Shown piece by piece: positions 18,305 to 28,269 of a stretch of 64,000 nucleotides of DNA. Position 1 is the stretch's first letter. Each line of letters opens with the position of its first letter. The translations under genes were made by a program, and so were the position numbers. Where the stretch lies: positions 96,001 through 160,000 of IMG/VR virus record IMGVR_UViG_3300013368_000005. One strand, given 5' to 3'. Source of the DNA: a virus. Lineage: Duplodnaviria; Caudoviricetes. The notes beneath the pieces are model-generated. The model was not told where the DNA came from. It was given only the letters and a program-made list of their open reading frames with translations, and ran no database searches.

Positions 18305-20635
18305 ATGGCTAAAAATGATATGGAGCAAAAAATAAAAGAATACGCTGAACAGATAAAAACATTAGAAGATTTTGTTGCAGCAGTAAGAAAGATGCCTGGA
18401 ATGTATATAGGCATGATAGGTAACAGAGGATTTTTAAACATGATACGAGAAATCTTTCAAAACTCAATTGATGAGTTGATTAAGAAGGATTCTCCTTGTG
18501 ATTATATTATGTTAACATATGATGAAAGAAGTCATATAACAACAGTAGAGGATAACGGTAGAGGCATTCCTTTTGGATTAATGGAGAGAATATATGCATC
18601 TCAGCATACATCTTCAAATTACGAAAAGAAACCAGGAGAGTATTCGAGTGGACTCCACGGTGTAGGTGCAAAAGTTACAAATGCATTAGCTGAATTTTTC
18701 TATGTAGAATCTTTTATATTAGGAGATGCAAGAAGAATAGAATTCCATGATGGAAAACCATGGAAAAAGGGAGAAATAAAAATTCCCAATAAAGGAAATA
18801 AACAAGGAACTATAGTAACATTTAAACCAACATACGATGTTATGGGCGAACTTACATTATCTGTTCAACAAGTATTTAACTTAGTTAGAATGGTTATGTT
18901 CTTAACTCCTATAGGATCAAAATGTCTATTCAAAGGTATATTGGCAGATGGCTCAATATTCCAAGAAGAGATAGTAAACCAAGACGGTATAATAACAGAC
19001 TTAATATTAAAGACTGTAGCTCCGTTAGTTAAACCAATATGTATATCAGATGATACAGGATTTATGAAGGCAGATATAGCTTTCACTTATGACTCCAACG
19101 ATCTTGATGTAGAACAAATTACTTCATTCAGTAACTGCTGCCCGACTACAAGTGGTACACATGTTATTGGATTTATAGATGGATTATGTAAATTCTTTAG
19201 AGAACACATGAACAAAATATACTTAGCAGGAAATAAGAAACAACTTACGGTAGTTAATAATGATATAAAAACAGGATTAAAAGCTATTGTTTCAGTTGCA
19301 CATTTAACTCCTATATTCGAAGGACAAGCTAAAGACGTTTTAGGAAATGAAGATATGATACCATTTGTCAGAGATACAGTTTATAACTCTCTAGATAAAT
19401 GGTCTAAAGAAAATGCATCCGATCTACAAAAAGTTTGTAAATACCTCAAAGAAGTTGCAGAGATCAGAGTGAATATGGATAAAGAGAAAGACAAAATTGT
19501 TAACAAATTTGCCACTTCTAGTTTATCTAAAGGTTTACCTCGTAAGTATATAAGACCAAATGATATGAGAGCAGATGATCTTGAATTTATAGTAGTTGAA
19601 GGAGATTCTGCTGGTGGTTCGGCTAGGAATAATAGGTGTAAAAGAAATCAAGGTATATTCCCAATTAGAGGTAAAATGCCTAATGCATTTACAACAGAAA
19701 GAGCTAAGTTTCTTAGCAATGAAGAAGTTCAAGGAATAATTGCTATTTTAGGTGCAGGTTATGGTAGAAAATTTGATATAACCAAATGTAAATATAAGAA
19801 AATAATATTTATGGCAGATGCAGATCCAGATGGAAAACACATAAGAACTCTATTATTAAGATTTTTCTTATTATACTTTAGACCATTAGTAGAAGCAGGA
19901 AGGGTGTATGCATCAATACCACCTCTTTATGGATTAGACCTTGGTAAGAAAAAGAAAGAATATTTTACTGATAGAATAGATTATGTTGCATATATTCAAA
20001 AACAATTTTCTAAAGTTAATGAAATAACTACAGTAAGAGATGGCTCAATGACTCAAAAGGAAATTGTAAAAATATTATATAACAATATTGATTATACGTA
20101 TCAATTAGAAAAGGTTGCTAATACTTATGCAATAGACCCATATTTATTAGAGGACATAATCATTAATAGAAATTTACCAAGTGACAAATTATATAAAATA
20201 CTTCATAAAAAATATAGATTTATTGAGGATATCGAAAATAAAAATAATACTATAATCATTAAAGGATTAGTAAATAATAAATATCAGACATTATTTTTAA
20301 ATGATAAAATTACATCTAATATACAAGAAGTATTAAATATATTAGATATTAATGATAGTTTTCAATATAAAGTAAATGGGGAATTATGTTCTATTTATAC
20401 TCTTATGAAAAAATTTGAATCAAGTTCTCCAGCATCTATAACAAGATATAAGGGATTAGGAGAAATGAACGGTAAGGTATTAGCTGATACTACTATATTA
20501 CCTGATAATAGAACTTTAATTCAATATACACCTGAATCTATAGAAGAGGAAATTAATTCTATTAGATATTTTGAATCTAATTTAAAAGAGTTAATAAAGG
20601 GTACTAAAGCTACAAGATTCGATTTAATGGGTTAA
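18305..20635 (+). CDS. gyrB: DNA gyrase/type IIA topoisomerase subunit B
   Basis: VRKMPGMYIG, EDNGRGIP, GLHGVG, VEGDSAGG, PIRGK, DADPDG, RYKGLGEM. Confidence 0.96.
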   Translation: MAKNDMEQKIKEYAEQIKTLEDFVAAVRKMPGMYIGMIGNRGFLNMIREIFQNSIDELIKKDSPCDYIMLTYDERSHITTVEDNGRGIPFGLMERIYASQHTSSNYEKKPGEYSSGLHGVGAKVTNALAEFFYVESFILGDARRIEFHDGKPWKKGEIKIPNKGNKQGTIVTFKPTYDVMGELTLSVQQVFNLVRMVMFLTPIGSKCLFKGILADGSIFQEEIVNQDGIITDLILKTVAPLVKPICISDDTGFMKADIAFTYDSNDLDVEQITSFSNCCPTTSGTHVIGFIDGLCKFFREHMNKIYLAGNKKQLTVVNNDIKTGLKAIVSVAHLTPIFEGQAKDVLGNEDMIPFVRDTVYNSLDKWSKENASDLQKVCKYLKEVAEIRVNMDKEKDKIVNKFATSSLSKGLPRKYIRPNDMRADDLEFIVVEGDSAGGSARNNRCKRNQGIFPIRGKMPNAFTTERAKFLSNEEVQGIIAILGAGYGRKFDITKCKYKKIIFMADADPDGKHIRTLLLRFFLLYFRPLVEAGRVYASIPPLYGLDLGKKKKEYFTDRIDYVAYIQKQFSKVNEITTVRDGSMTQKEIVKILYNNIDYTYQLEKVANTYAIDPYLLEDIIINRNLPSDKLYKILHKKYRFIEDIENKNNTIIIKGLVNNKYQTLFLNDKITSNIQEVLNILDINDSFQYKVNGELCSIYTLMKKFESSSPASITRYKGLGEMNGKVLADTTILPDNRTLIQYTPESIEEEINSIRYFESNLKELIKGTKATRFDLMG

Positions 20636-20688
20636 TCCCATTAATCGAATACTTTGTATATAACGTATAATTAGGAAGGTGATTTAAT

Positions 20689-23046
20689 ATGGCAGAAACT
20701 ATAATTAAAAAGAATATATTAGAACAATACAAGGATGACTTAAGAGGATATGCTTTATATGCTAATAGAATGAGGGTAGCCCCAAATATTAAGGATGGGC
20801 TTAAACCAGTTCATAGAAGAATATTACAAGCAGGATATTTTGATGAAAAAGCTACATCTCGTTTTGTAAAATCTGCAGCTTTTACAGGAACTATTATGAG
20901 AAAGTATCATCCACATGGAGATGCTGGGGTTTATGATGCAATGAAGGGTATGCTAAATTGGTTTGAAATAAATATACCTTTATTAGATGGGGATAGTAAC
21001 TGGGGAAACTTTCAAGGTGCTAAACAAGCGGCTGCTAGATATACCGAAGCAAAGATATCTGATTTTACTAAAAAATATGTAATTAAAGAAGCAGATGAAG
21101 TTAGAGCGGTTGTAGACTGGATAGAAACTTATGATAATAGAAATCTAGAAATGGAGTATATGCCAATAAAAATACCTCTATTATTAATAAACGGTTGTTA
21201 TGGAATAGGCATAGGAATGTCTTGTTCAATACCTCCACACAATGGCAGAGATGTAATAGATGCTACATTACGTTTAATAGATGATCCGAGTACAGAAGTT
21301 ATTATTCCACCAGATCAAAATATGAAATGTGATATAATAAAAACAAATTTCAAAAGTATCTGTAACCTTGGTCAAGGAAAATTTGTAGTCAGAGGTCATA
21401 TAGATATTATAGATTATAACGGTAAACAAGCTTTATCCATAAAATCTACACCAGATATGGTGTATTCGCAAAAAATAATAGATAAGATAGATGAATTATT
21501 AGAACAAAAGAAAATAATAGGTATTATTGATCATGCAGAAGAATCAACAGAAGAACAGATGAATCATGTTTTTATATTAAAGAGTGGTACAGATCCTGAG
21601 TATATCAAACAATCAATATACAGTATGACGGATATGCAAAAAACAATTAGTGTAAATTTTGAAGTACTTGAAAATAATAACCCAATAAGAATGTCTTATA
21701 AATCATATCTACTATCATTTATAGAATTTAGGAAGATATGTAAATTTAGATATTATTGTAATAAACTTCAAAGAGTCCAAACTAAATTACATGAAAAAGA
21801 AATTTATATAAATGTAATACAAAGTGGAATGATAGATGAAATAATTAATACTATAAAAAATCTTACTGATGATAATGAGAAAAAATGTATAGAGTACTTT
21901 GTTAAACTACTTGGTGTTACGGACCTACAGGCTTCATTTATATTACACTCACAAATACTAGATTTATCCGTAGGAAAACTTAATAAATATATAAATGAAC
22001 AAATGGCATTAAAAGTTGAGCAAGATCTATATATGAAAAAAGTATTAAGTGATGAAGAATTATTGAAAGAGATAAAACAAGAACTTTTAGAATTTAGAGA
22101 AGAATATGGGAAACCAAGAAATTGTAGAATTATAGATTCTTCTGAATTAACTGATATACCTGCAGGGGAATTTAAAGTTATATTTACAGATAATAACTAT
22201 ATTAAGAAAGTTCCTGCAAATGAAAGTATAGGTAGTTTTAAAGGGGATGCTCCTACCCATGTATTAAAAGTTGATAATAGAGAAAGCGTTCTTATCTTTG
22301 ATGAACAAGGTAAAGCATTCAAACTTCCAATACACAAAATTCCTATTAGTGATAGAAAAAGTAATGGTACAGATATAAGATTAGTAGTTAAGAAGTTAAC
22401 ATCAAATATTTGTACTGTGTTATACGAACCAAAAGTAAAAGAGTTATCTAATAACTTAAGAAAATACTTTGTAACTTTACTTACAGCAGGTGGAAATGTT
22501 AAGAAACTAGATTTAGAAGATATATTATCCGTACCACCTTCAGGGATAATCTGTATGAAACTAGATCCAGGTGATTATATTAAAAATATATCTTTAGTAG
22601 GAGAAGGAATTGACGTTATTGTTTATTCTAAAAATAAAGCACTTAGAATGGGTATAGATGAAATTCCACATCAAAAAAGAAATACTAAAGGTCAAAGAGC
22701 TATGATAGAAAGTTCTGTTGATGGATTATCCATAATAAAACCAAATACAACAGATATTGTTGTTATAACCGAATCAGGAAAAATAAATAGATTTGATGTA
22801 ATAGCTCTTCCTAAGCTTGGAAGGAATAAAAGTGGTTCTAAGGTTATTAAACTTGGTAAATCTGATTCTATCAAATGTATATATGGAGCTAATATTAATG
22901 ATATCCTTAGACTCTACACTAGAGATGAAAAAATAGATATCAATATAGCAGATATTCCATTAGGCAGCTCTATTAGCGGTGGAAATAAAATGATACCATT
23001 GAAAAATGATAATATAATAAGATGTGAGATTAGAAAGAGAGTATAA
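20689..23046 (+). CDS. gyrA: DNA gyrase/type IIA topoisomerase subunit A
   Basis: DGLKPVHRR, YHPHGD, catalytic AAARYTE, C-terminal beta-pinwheel with GyrA-box-like QKRNTKG. Confidence 0.95.
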   Translation: MAETIIKKNILEQYKDDLRGYALYANRMRVAPNIKDGLKPVHRRILQAGYFDEKATSRFVKSAAFTGTIMRKYHPHGDAGVYDAMKGMLNWFEINIPLLDGDSNWGNFQGAKQAAARYTEAKISDFTKKYVIKEADEVRAVVDWIETYDNRNLEMEYMPIKIPLLLINGCYGIGIGMSCSIPPHNGRDVIDATLRLIDDPSTEVIIPPDQNMKCDIIKTNFKSICNLGQGKFVVRGHIDIIDYNGKQALSIKSTPDMVYSQKIIDKIDELLEQKKIIGIIDHAEESTEEQMNHVFILKSGTDPEYIKQSIYSMTDMQKTISVNFEVLENNNPIRMSYKSYLLSFIEFRKICKFRYYCNKLQRVQTKLHEKEIYINVIQSGMIDEIINTIKNLTDDNEKKCIEYFVKLLGVTDLQASFILHSQILDLSVGKLNKYINEQMALKVEQDLYMKKVLSDEELLKEIKQELLEFREEYGKPRNCRIIDSSELTDIPAGEFKVIFTDNNYIKKVPANESIGSFKGDAPTHVLKVDNRESVLIFDEQGKAFKLPIHKIPISDRKSNGTDIRLVVKKLTSNICTVLYEPKVKELSNNLRKYFVTLLTAGGNVKKLDLEDILSVPPSGIICMKLDPGDYIKNISLVGEGIDVIVYSKNKALRMGIDEIPHQKRNTKGQRAMIESSVDGLSIIKPNTTDIVVITESGKINRFDVIALPKLGRNKSGSKVIKLGKSDSIKCIYGANINDILRLYTRDEKIDINIADIPLGSSISGGNKMIPLKNDNIIRCEIRKRV

Positions 23047-23074
23047 CTCTCTTTCTTTTTTTAGGAGGGTTTTT

Positions 23075-23326
23075 ATGGATAATATTGAGAAAATGCAATA
23101 TGAAAACTTACGAAAATGTTTTAGCAACAATATAATAGATCCTATTCTAGGAAAAAATTATTATAATTTAGCATTAGACGTTTATGAATGCGACAGAATG
23201 ACTAGTGAAGATGTAAGGGATAAATTTATTGAACTTCATAAGAAATCAATTTTCTATAAGAATTTAGCAATTATAAATTCTGTTATTGGTATTATGACAT
23301 TTATATTATTAATAATTTTTAAATAA
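23075..23326 (+). CDS. Small protein with a C-terminal transmembrane helix
   Basis: AGGAGG RBS and hydrophobic C-terminus. Confidence 0.7.
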   Translation: MDNIEKMQYENLRKCFSNNIIDPILGKNYYNLALDVYECDRMTSEDVRDKFIELHKKSIFYKNLAIINSVIGIMTFILLIIFK

Positions 23327-23349
23327 AAAAGTATTAAGGGGGATAAGAC

Positions 23350-23532
23350 ATGGTAGAAGAAAAAATTGAGAAGCGTAAACCACATATTAATATTGGAACA
23401 ATAGGACACGTAGACCACGGTGGAACAACATTAACAGCAGCTATAGCATCGGTATTAGCAAATAATGGATATACAAAAGCATTCAGCGATGTCGATATAA
23501 ATAAGGCATCAAAGCATAATGAATATAAATAA
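23350..23532 (+). CDS. EF-Tu N-terminal fragment mini-protein (residues 1-59, P-loop K24G)
   Basis: [23 protein letters not shown] is near-identical to EF-Tu [23 protein letters not shown]. Own RBS (AAGGGGG) and clean stop. Confidence 0.85.
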   Translation: MVEEKIEKRKPHINIGTIGHVDHGGTTLTAAIASVLANNGYTKAFSDVDINKASKHNEYK

Positions 23533-23546
23533 AGGGGTGGATTAAT

Positions 23547-24062
23547 ATGAAAAAAATTAATACATTAATAATATCAGCATTTCCAGGTTGCGGTAAAACA
23601 TACGCATTTAAAAATTATAAATTTCAAAATGGTGTATTAGACAGTGATTCTAGTGAATTTAGTTGGGTTAAGGATGAAAATGGAAATAATACAAAAGAAA
23701 GGAATCCAGAATTTCCGACTAATTATATTAGACATATACAAGATAATATAGGTAAGGTAGATGTAATATTTGTATCTAGTCACGAAGTTGTTAGAGATGC
23801 TTTAAAAAATGCAAATATAAATTATGCATTAATTTATCCTATAAATACTGAAGAAGTTAAAGCAGACTTCTTAGACAGATATAAAAAAAGAGGAAATGCA
23901 GAACCTTTTATAGAATTCATAGATAAAAATTGGGATCACTTTATCGATCAAATGAATAATGATAATTTTCCAATAAAAATTGCAATTAAAAAGGATGTTT
24001 ATATTAATGAGAATATATTACGATATATATTTAAAATTTATAGAAATAAATTAATAAATTAG
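23547..24062 (+). CDS. Small P-loop NTPase/kinase-like protein
   Basis: Walker A AFPGCGKT, followed by LDSDSS. Confidence 0.75.
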   Translation: MKKINTLIISAFPGCGKTYAFKNYKFQNGVLDSDSSEFSWVKDENGNNTKERNPEFPTNYIRHIQDNIGKVDVIFVSSHEVVRDALKNANINYALIYPINTEEVKADFLDRYKKRGNAEPFIEFIDKNWDHFIDQMNNDNFPIKIAIKKDVYINENILRYIFKIYRNKLIN

Positions 24063-24193
24063 GATATAGAATAAGAGAAGTGAACTTCCACTTCTCTTAT
24101 GTCTAGTATATTTTGATTATAATTTAATTTTTATATGCATTAAGGGGACATATAAATTATATTTATGTTATTCGTGTAAAAGCATACTTTTTT

Positions 24194-24207
24194 GATAATA
24201 TATTATA
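24194..24207 (+). promoter_or_regulatory. Early-type phage promoter
   Basis: GATAATATATTATA. Confidence 0.65.
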
Positions 24208-24240
24208 GATATAATAAGAAATATAGAGGAGATAATTATT

Positions 24241-25182
24241 ATGAAAAAATTATTTAATAAGTTTGTAGATGACAGACTGAAAGAACAAAAAGAGGAAATA
24301 AAAAAAGAACCAACGAAAAAAGATATAATAATAGAATATTTTATATCACCTGCTATTTTTATAGTAATTTCTATTATTATTATTATATTAATAAACACAG
24401 GCTCTATGAAACAAATATTAGTTGGAACACAAAGTTTTATATTTCAAAATAGAACCGAATCAGTACAAGAAACAATGTTATCTGAAAACTCTGCAATAAC
24501 TAATAAGCAAATTGTAGAAGAAGCTGTAAACAATCCTAAATGGCAAACTACAATATCTATGCATGATTGGAATTTAAAATTAGTAACAAAAGTTACAGGA
24601 CAGATAGCTATAGATGATAAAATATCAAATATCGAAATACAATTTGATCAAAATAAACAAATGGCTATGTATTTAATAGATGGTAAAGGACAAATTGGAA
24701 TTGACAATTTTATGAAAACCATAGGTTCGGAAAAATTATTAGGATTATTAGTCAACACCTTGGGCAATGCTTCCGATACTAATGGGAAAAACGCATCTAC
24801 TCAACAAACGACTGTTAATACGACAATGCAAAATAATTCGCAGAAAATGTCCCCATCTAAAGATGATTTAATAAGTCTTGTATCTGATTCATATTTTTAT
24901 GATAATTGTTCAGGAACAATACAAGAAAATATGCAGGCTGTTTCTCAAGCCAGTTTAAACTGGGATGCAGGATCATTAGGCAATGGACAATATTATGTAT
25001 CTATAGTAGGAACCGTAATAGATGAGCCTAATAGTACTTGGCAAATAAATTTTTGTATAGATAATTACGAAAATGGTTCATTCTATGTAGATATGATGTT
25101 GGGGTATTCTAATGGTAGTTGTGTTTCACAAATTTCAGATATAAATGAATTGGAGAACATTATATCTAAATATGCTTGGTAA
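24241..25182 (+). CDS. Single-pass membrane protein with a large soluble domain
   Basis: Hydrophobic segment at about aa 33-52, T/Q/N-rich linker, own early promoter and terminator. Confidence 0.8.
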   Translation: MKKLFNKFVDDRLKEQKEEIKKEPTKKDIIIEYFISPAIFIVISIIIIILINTGSMKQILVGTQSFIFQNRTESVQETMLSENSAITNKQIVEEAVNNPKWQTTISMHDWNLKLVTKVTGQIAIDDKISNIEIQFDQNKQMAMYLIDGKGQIGIDNFMKTIGSEKLLGLLVNTLGNASDTNGKNASTQQTTVNTTMQNNSQKMSPSKDDLISLVSDSYFYDNCSGTIQENMQAVSQASLNWDAGSLGNGQYYVSIVGTVIDEPNSTWQINFCIDNYENGSFYVDMMLGYSNGSCVSQISDINELENIISKYAW

Positions 25183-25238
25183 AAAAAGAAAAGGGTATTA
25201 GAAATATACCCTTTTTTCTTTTTTATAAATTTACATAT

Positions 25239-25252
25239 GATTATATATTATA
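25239..25252 (+). promoter_or_regulatory. Early-type phage promoter
   Basis: GATTATATATTATA. Confidence 0.7.
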
Positions 25253-25294
25253 AACATGAATAATAATAAATATATAATCAAGGGGGATACAATA

Positions 25295-25642
25295 ATGGAA
25301 AATAAAATACTTAGACTACATTATACTGGAGATGTAGATAGAACTGTTAAGCCAGCAATGAGAAAATATTATTGTGATTTAACAGAAGAAATGAATGAGA
25401 TATTGGAAGATAAATGTTATATATCACAACCACCTAATGGTATCATTAAAGGGTTTGAGTTATATAGTATAAGAAATGATAAAGGAACTATATTAGACTT
25501 TATGACAGATAAAGATAAAACGATATCTACTATAAAAACACATTTTAAAGATTATATAGAAGTAGGATTTATTAAAAGAGATACAGCATTAAAACTAAAA
25601 CAAATAATATTAAAATACGTAGGTGCACAATTATCTCTATAA
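25295..25642 (+). CDS. Hypothetical protein
   Basis: AAGGGGG RBS and early promoter 25239-25252. Confidence 0.75.
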   Translation: MENKILRLHYTGDVDRTVKPAMRKYYCDLTEEMNEILEDKCYISQPPNGIIKGFELYSIRNDKGTILDFMTDKDKTISTIKTHFKDYIEVGFIKRDTALKLKQIILKYVGAQLSL

Positions 25643-25645
25643 GAA

Positions 25646-25680
25646 AAAGAGTATGCAAAAATGCATACTCTTTATTTTTT
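25646..25680. terminator. Bidirectional terminator between convergent genes
   Basis: AAAGAGTATGCA-aaaa-TGCATACTCTTT; same stem as 7409. Confidence 0.75.
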
Positions 25681-27018
25681 GTCACTTAATTTTGAATTGT
25701 ATATATCATCGATTTCTTTATAATTATCCTGATGTATAACTTTCTCCCTAAGATCAAATTCATTAAATTTATTATATATATAAGTATCATAAACCTTTTG
25801 TATCATATATCTATCTTGTTTATTTATCTTTTTGTTTTTATTCCTAAATATAATGTCTTCTAATTCTTTTCTAGTTTCCTTTATTTTATCTTTTATATTT
25901 TTTTCCATTTTGGGATCTAAATTAGCTTTAGCTAATTCTTTTTCTAAATAAGTTAATTGATCGTTTATTCTTTGTGCCGTTGTAGGATGAGCATCTATAC
26001 CAGTTGCTATAATTTGAATAGGTAATAAAATTATATTGATCAAATGTAAAATAAAACTAGATTTTTCATACGCATATTTTTCTATCATATTGATTTCTGG
26101 ATAATTCAATTTTACTAATACACTGGACAAATCTGAACTATATCCAAACATAGTAACAAAATTATCAGATACTTTTTCATCATTATACAAAAATAAACTC
26201 CTAATTATATTCATTGGATTGTATGCCTTTATTAATTTAATTATATTTAAATATAAATTTTTAAATATAATTAATGGATCATTTAATACAATTTTTAAAC
26301 TCTTAAATAGAATTTTATATGCATTAATTAATAACTTCATTGATTCTACACTATCTGCAAATATAATTAATTTATTAGCTCGTTGTTTGATAGCGTTGTC
26401 TATTTTTATCATTATTTTCTGAGTAAAGTTAAAATCTGTTGTAATATTTGTAGCTATATTTGCAAATAATTTAGGTTCAAATAATATTGCTATCAATATA
26501 TTTTCAATGGTATCTACAACTATCATAGCTTTCTGTACCATTGAAAATATAGCATGATTATTATTTAGTGATGATGAAAAATTATGTCCTATCTCATGTA
26601 AAATTATTGCTAAAATTTCTCTATCATTTATTTTTTCATTAAATAATAATCCTGAAGTTATAAATACTAAACAACTATAATCAACTTCTTTATCATATTT
26701 TATCGATTGTTTATCTGCCTTAAGATTTTTCCTAGTGTTGTAAACATCTAATTTATACCCTAAAGGTATTGTAAATGCATTCATAGAGCCGTTGTATTCT
26801 ATTTGTAAAGAGAATGAACCGAATCCAAAGATTTCTTCCACAATTCTATTGAATTCTAATACTTCTGGCAATGTATTAGCTTTCTTTATTAAGAAATTAT
26901 CTGATCTTAAGACTGATGCTCTTAGTTCACTTAGAGCCTTTTGCAATTGTTTTATTTCTTTAGTTTCACCAAAATAAACTTCATTTATCGACTCTTTTTT
27001 AATACCGTATATTCCCAT
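25672..27018 (-). CDS. Zinc metalloprotease (M48-like zincin), probably virion-associated
   Basis: ILHEIGH, DEKVSDNF and AHPTTAQRI motifs; late-type promoter. Confidence 0.75.
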   Translation of the reverse strand: MGIYGIKKESINEVYFGETKEIKQLQKALSELRASVLRSDNFLIKKANTLPEVLEFNRIVEEIFGFGSFSLQIEYNGSMNAFTIPLGYKLDVYNTRKNLKADKQSIKYDKEVDYSCLVFITSGLLFNEKINDREILAIILHEIGHNFSSSLNNNHAIFSMVQKAMIVVDTIENILIAILFEPKLFANIATNITTDFNFTQKIMIKIDNAIKQRANKLIIFADSVESMKLLINAYKILFKSLKIVLNDPLIIFKNLYLNIIKLIKAYNPMNIIRSLFLYNDEKVSDNFVTMFGYSSDLSSVLVKLNYPEINMIEKYAYEKSSFILHLINIILLPIQIIATGIDAHPTTAQRINDQLTYLEKELAKANLDPKMEKNIKDKIKETRKELEDIIFRNKNKKINKQDRYMIQKVYDTYIYNKFNEFDLREKVIHQDNYKEIDDIYNSKLSDKK

Positions 27019-27036
27019 ATTTATCACTCCTCTCCA

Positions 27037-27061
27037 TATTTATATGTTAAACATTACAATA
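27037..27061. promoter_or_regulatory. Back-to-back late-type promoters (minus 27037-27048, plus 27050-27061)
   Basis: AACAtataaaTA and AACAttacaaTA. Confidence 0.7.
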
Positions 27062-27081
27062 ATTATAAGGAGGTATGGAAA

Positions 27082-28257
27082 ATGAAGAATACAGATGCTT
27101 TGGTCAAAGAATTATATCCACTAGTGGCTAATAGTTTGGCTAAAAATACAAATAAACTTAAACAGTGTATTGCAAGATTTATAGAAAAAAGATCAAAAGA
27201 ACTATATGATACATGCCCTTGTGATCGTATATATTACGGGGTCGATGATAAACAAGATTTTTTTAAAACATTAGGTATACAAGAAAGTCAAGTAACAGAT
27301 ATTTTATCCAGAACGTATTATTGGGATATAGCTGCTTTTAACCCTAGAGCGGCTAAAGATGAACTTACTGTTACATTATTAATGGTTGTAAGATATTTTT
27401 ATCTTAAAAAAATGCAATCAGAATTAGAATTAAGTTCTATATATCTAGCTTTTTCTCCTAAATTTTATACATCTATTCATACTGGTCAATTTCCTAAATT
27501 TTCACCATCTGAATATAGACATATAATGGAATATGTGGTAAATAATCTATTAAACGAAAGATATGACTTAAAAAGTCAAGGAAGTGTATTTAAGGCTATA
27601 AAAAGCATATGTGTAACTTGGCTTAATACCTATGGAGATAAATTAAGAAATTCAGATGATGATGATGCTGTATATATGATTCAACAACTTCATAATAGAA
27701 TAAAATCATTTATGAAAAATATTGCAGAAGTGTATTATGAAGCATACAATAATAAAGAGTCATATTTAGTTTATGATAGTGATAATGTATCTGAAGATAA
27801 TTATCATATTGCAGATAACGATTCATTAAGGATAGAACGACATGTTGAAAAAACAATGTCATATATAAACAGCACTAGTGTAGATTATAGAATATGTAAA
27901 ATGGCTTCTGATAGTAACGTTAAAACAGATGAAGTTAAGGGTATAATAGAATTAATACTAAATGATAATACAAATGTTGTTTTAATTAAAGAATTAATAA
28001 GACTTATAATAACTGATTATTTTTCAGTAGATAAAATGAAAGATGTGCGAGATGTCAAATTTATATCATATTCTATAACACCAAAACCAAATTCAAAAAA
28101 TCCTATTATATTAAGACAAAAATCTATAATAGAGGCTTGGCTAAATGAAAACTCTCCAGCTTATAGAAAGAGAAAGTCTAGAGAAGCGACAAAATCAAGT
28201 TATCATAAATCTGTAACAACATATTTTGTATTGCTTATTCATGCAGCCAATAAATAA
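27082..28257 (+). CDS. Hypothetical protein (391 aa), late class
   Basis: AAGGAGG RBS before ATG 27082 and late promoter 27050-27061. Confidence 0.85.
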   Translation: MKNTDALVKELYPLVANSLAKNTNKLKQCIARFIEKRSKELYDTCPCDRIYYGVDDKQDFFKTLGIQESQVTDILSRTYYWDIAAFNPRAAKDELTVTLLMVVRYFYLKKMQSELELSSIYLAFSPKFYTSIHTGQFPKFSPSEYRHIMEYVVNNLLNERYDLKSQGSVFKAIKSICVTWLNTYGDKLRNSDDDDAVYMIQQLHNRIKSFMKNIAEVYYEAYNNKESYLVYDSDNVSEDNYHIADNDSLRIERHVEKTMSYINSTSVDYRICKMASDSNVKTDEVKGIIELILNDNTNVVLIKELIRLIITDYFSVDKMKDVRDVKFISYSITPKPNSKNPIILRQKSIIEAWLNENSPAYRKRKSREATKSSYHKSVTTYFVLLIHAANK

Positions 28258-28269
28258 GGAGGAATCATT

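Noticed and set aside
18806-18829. GTIVTFKP in GyrB as another copy of the shared motif
   Set aside because: This is the conserved GHKL GTxVxF strand found in all type II topoisomerases.
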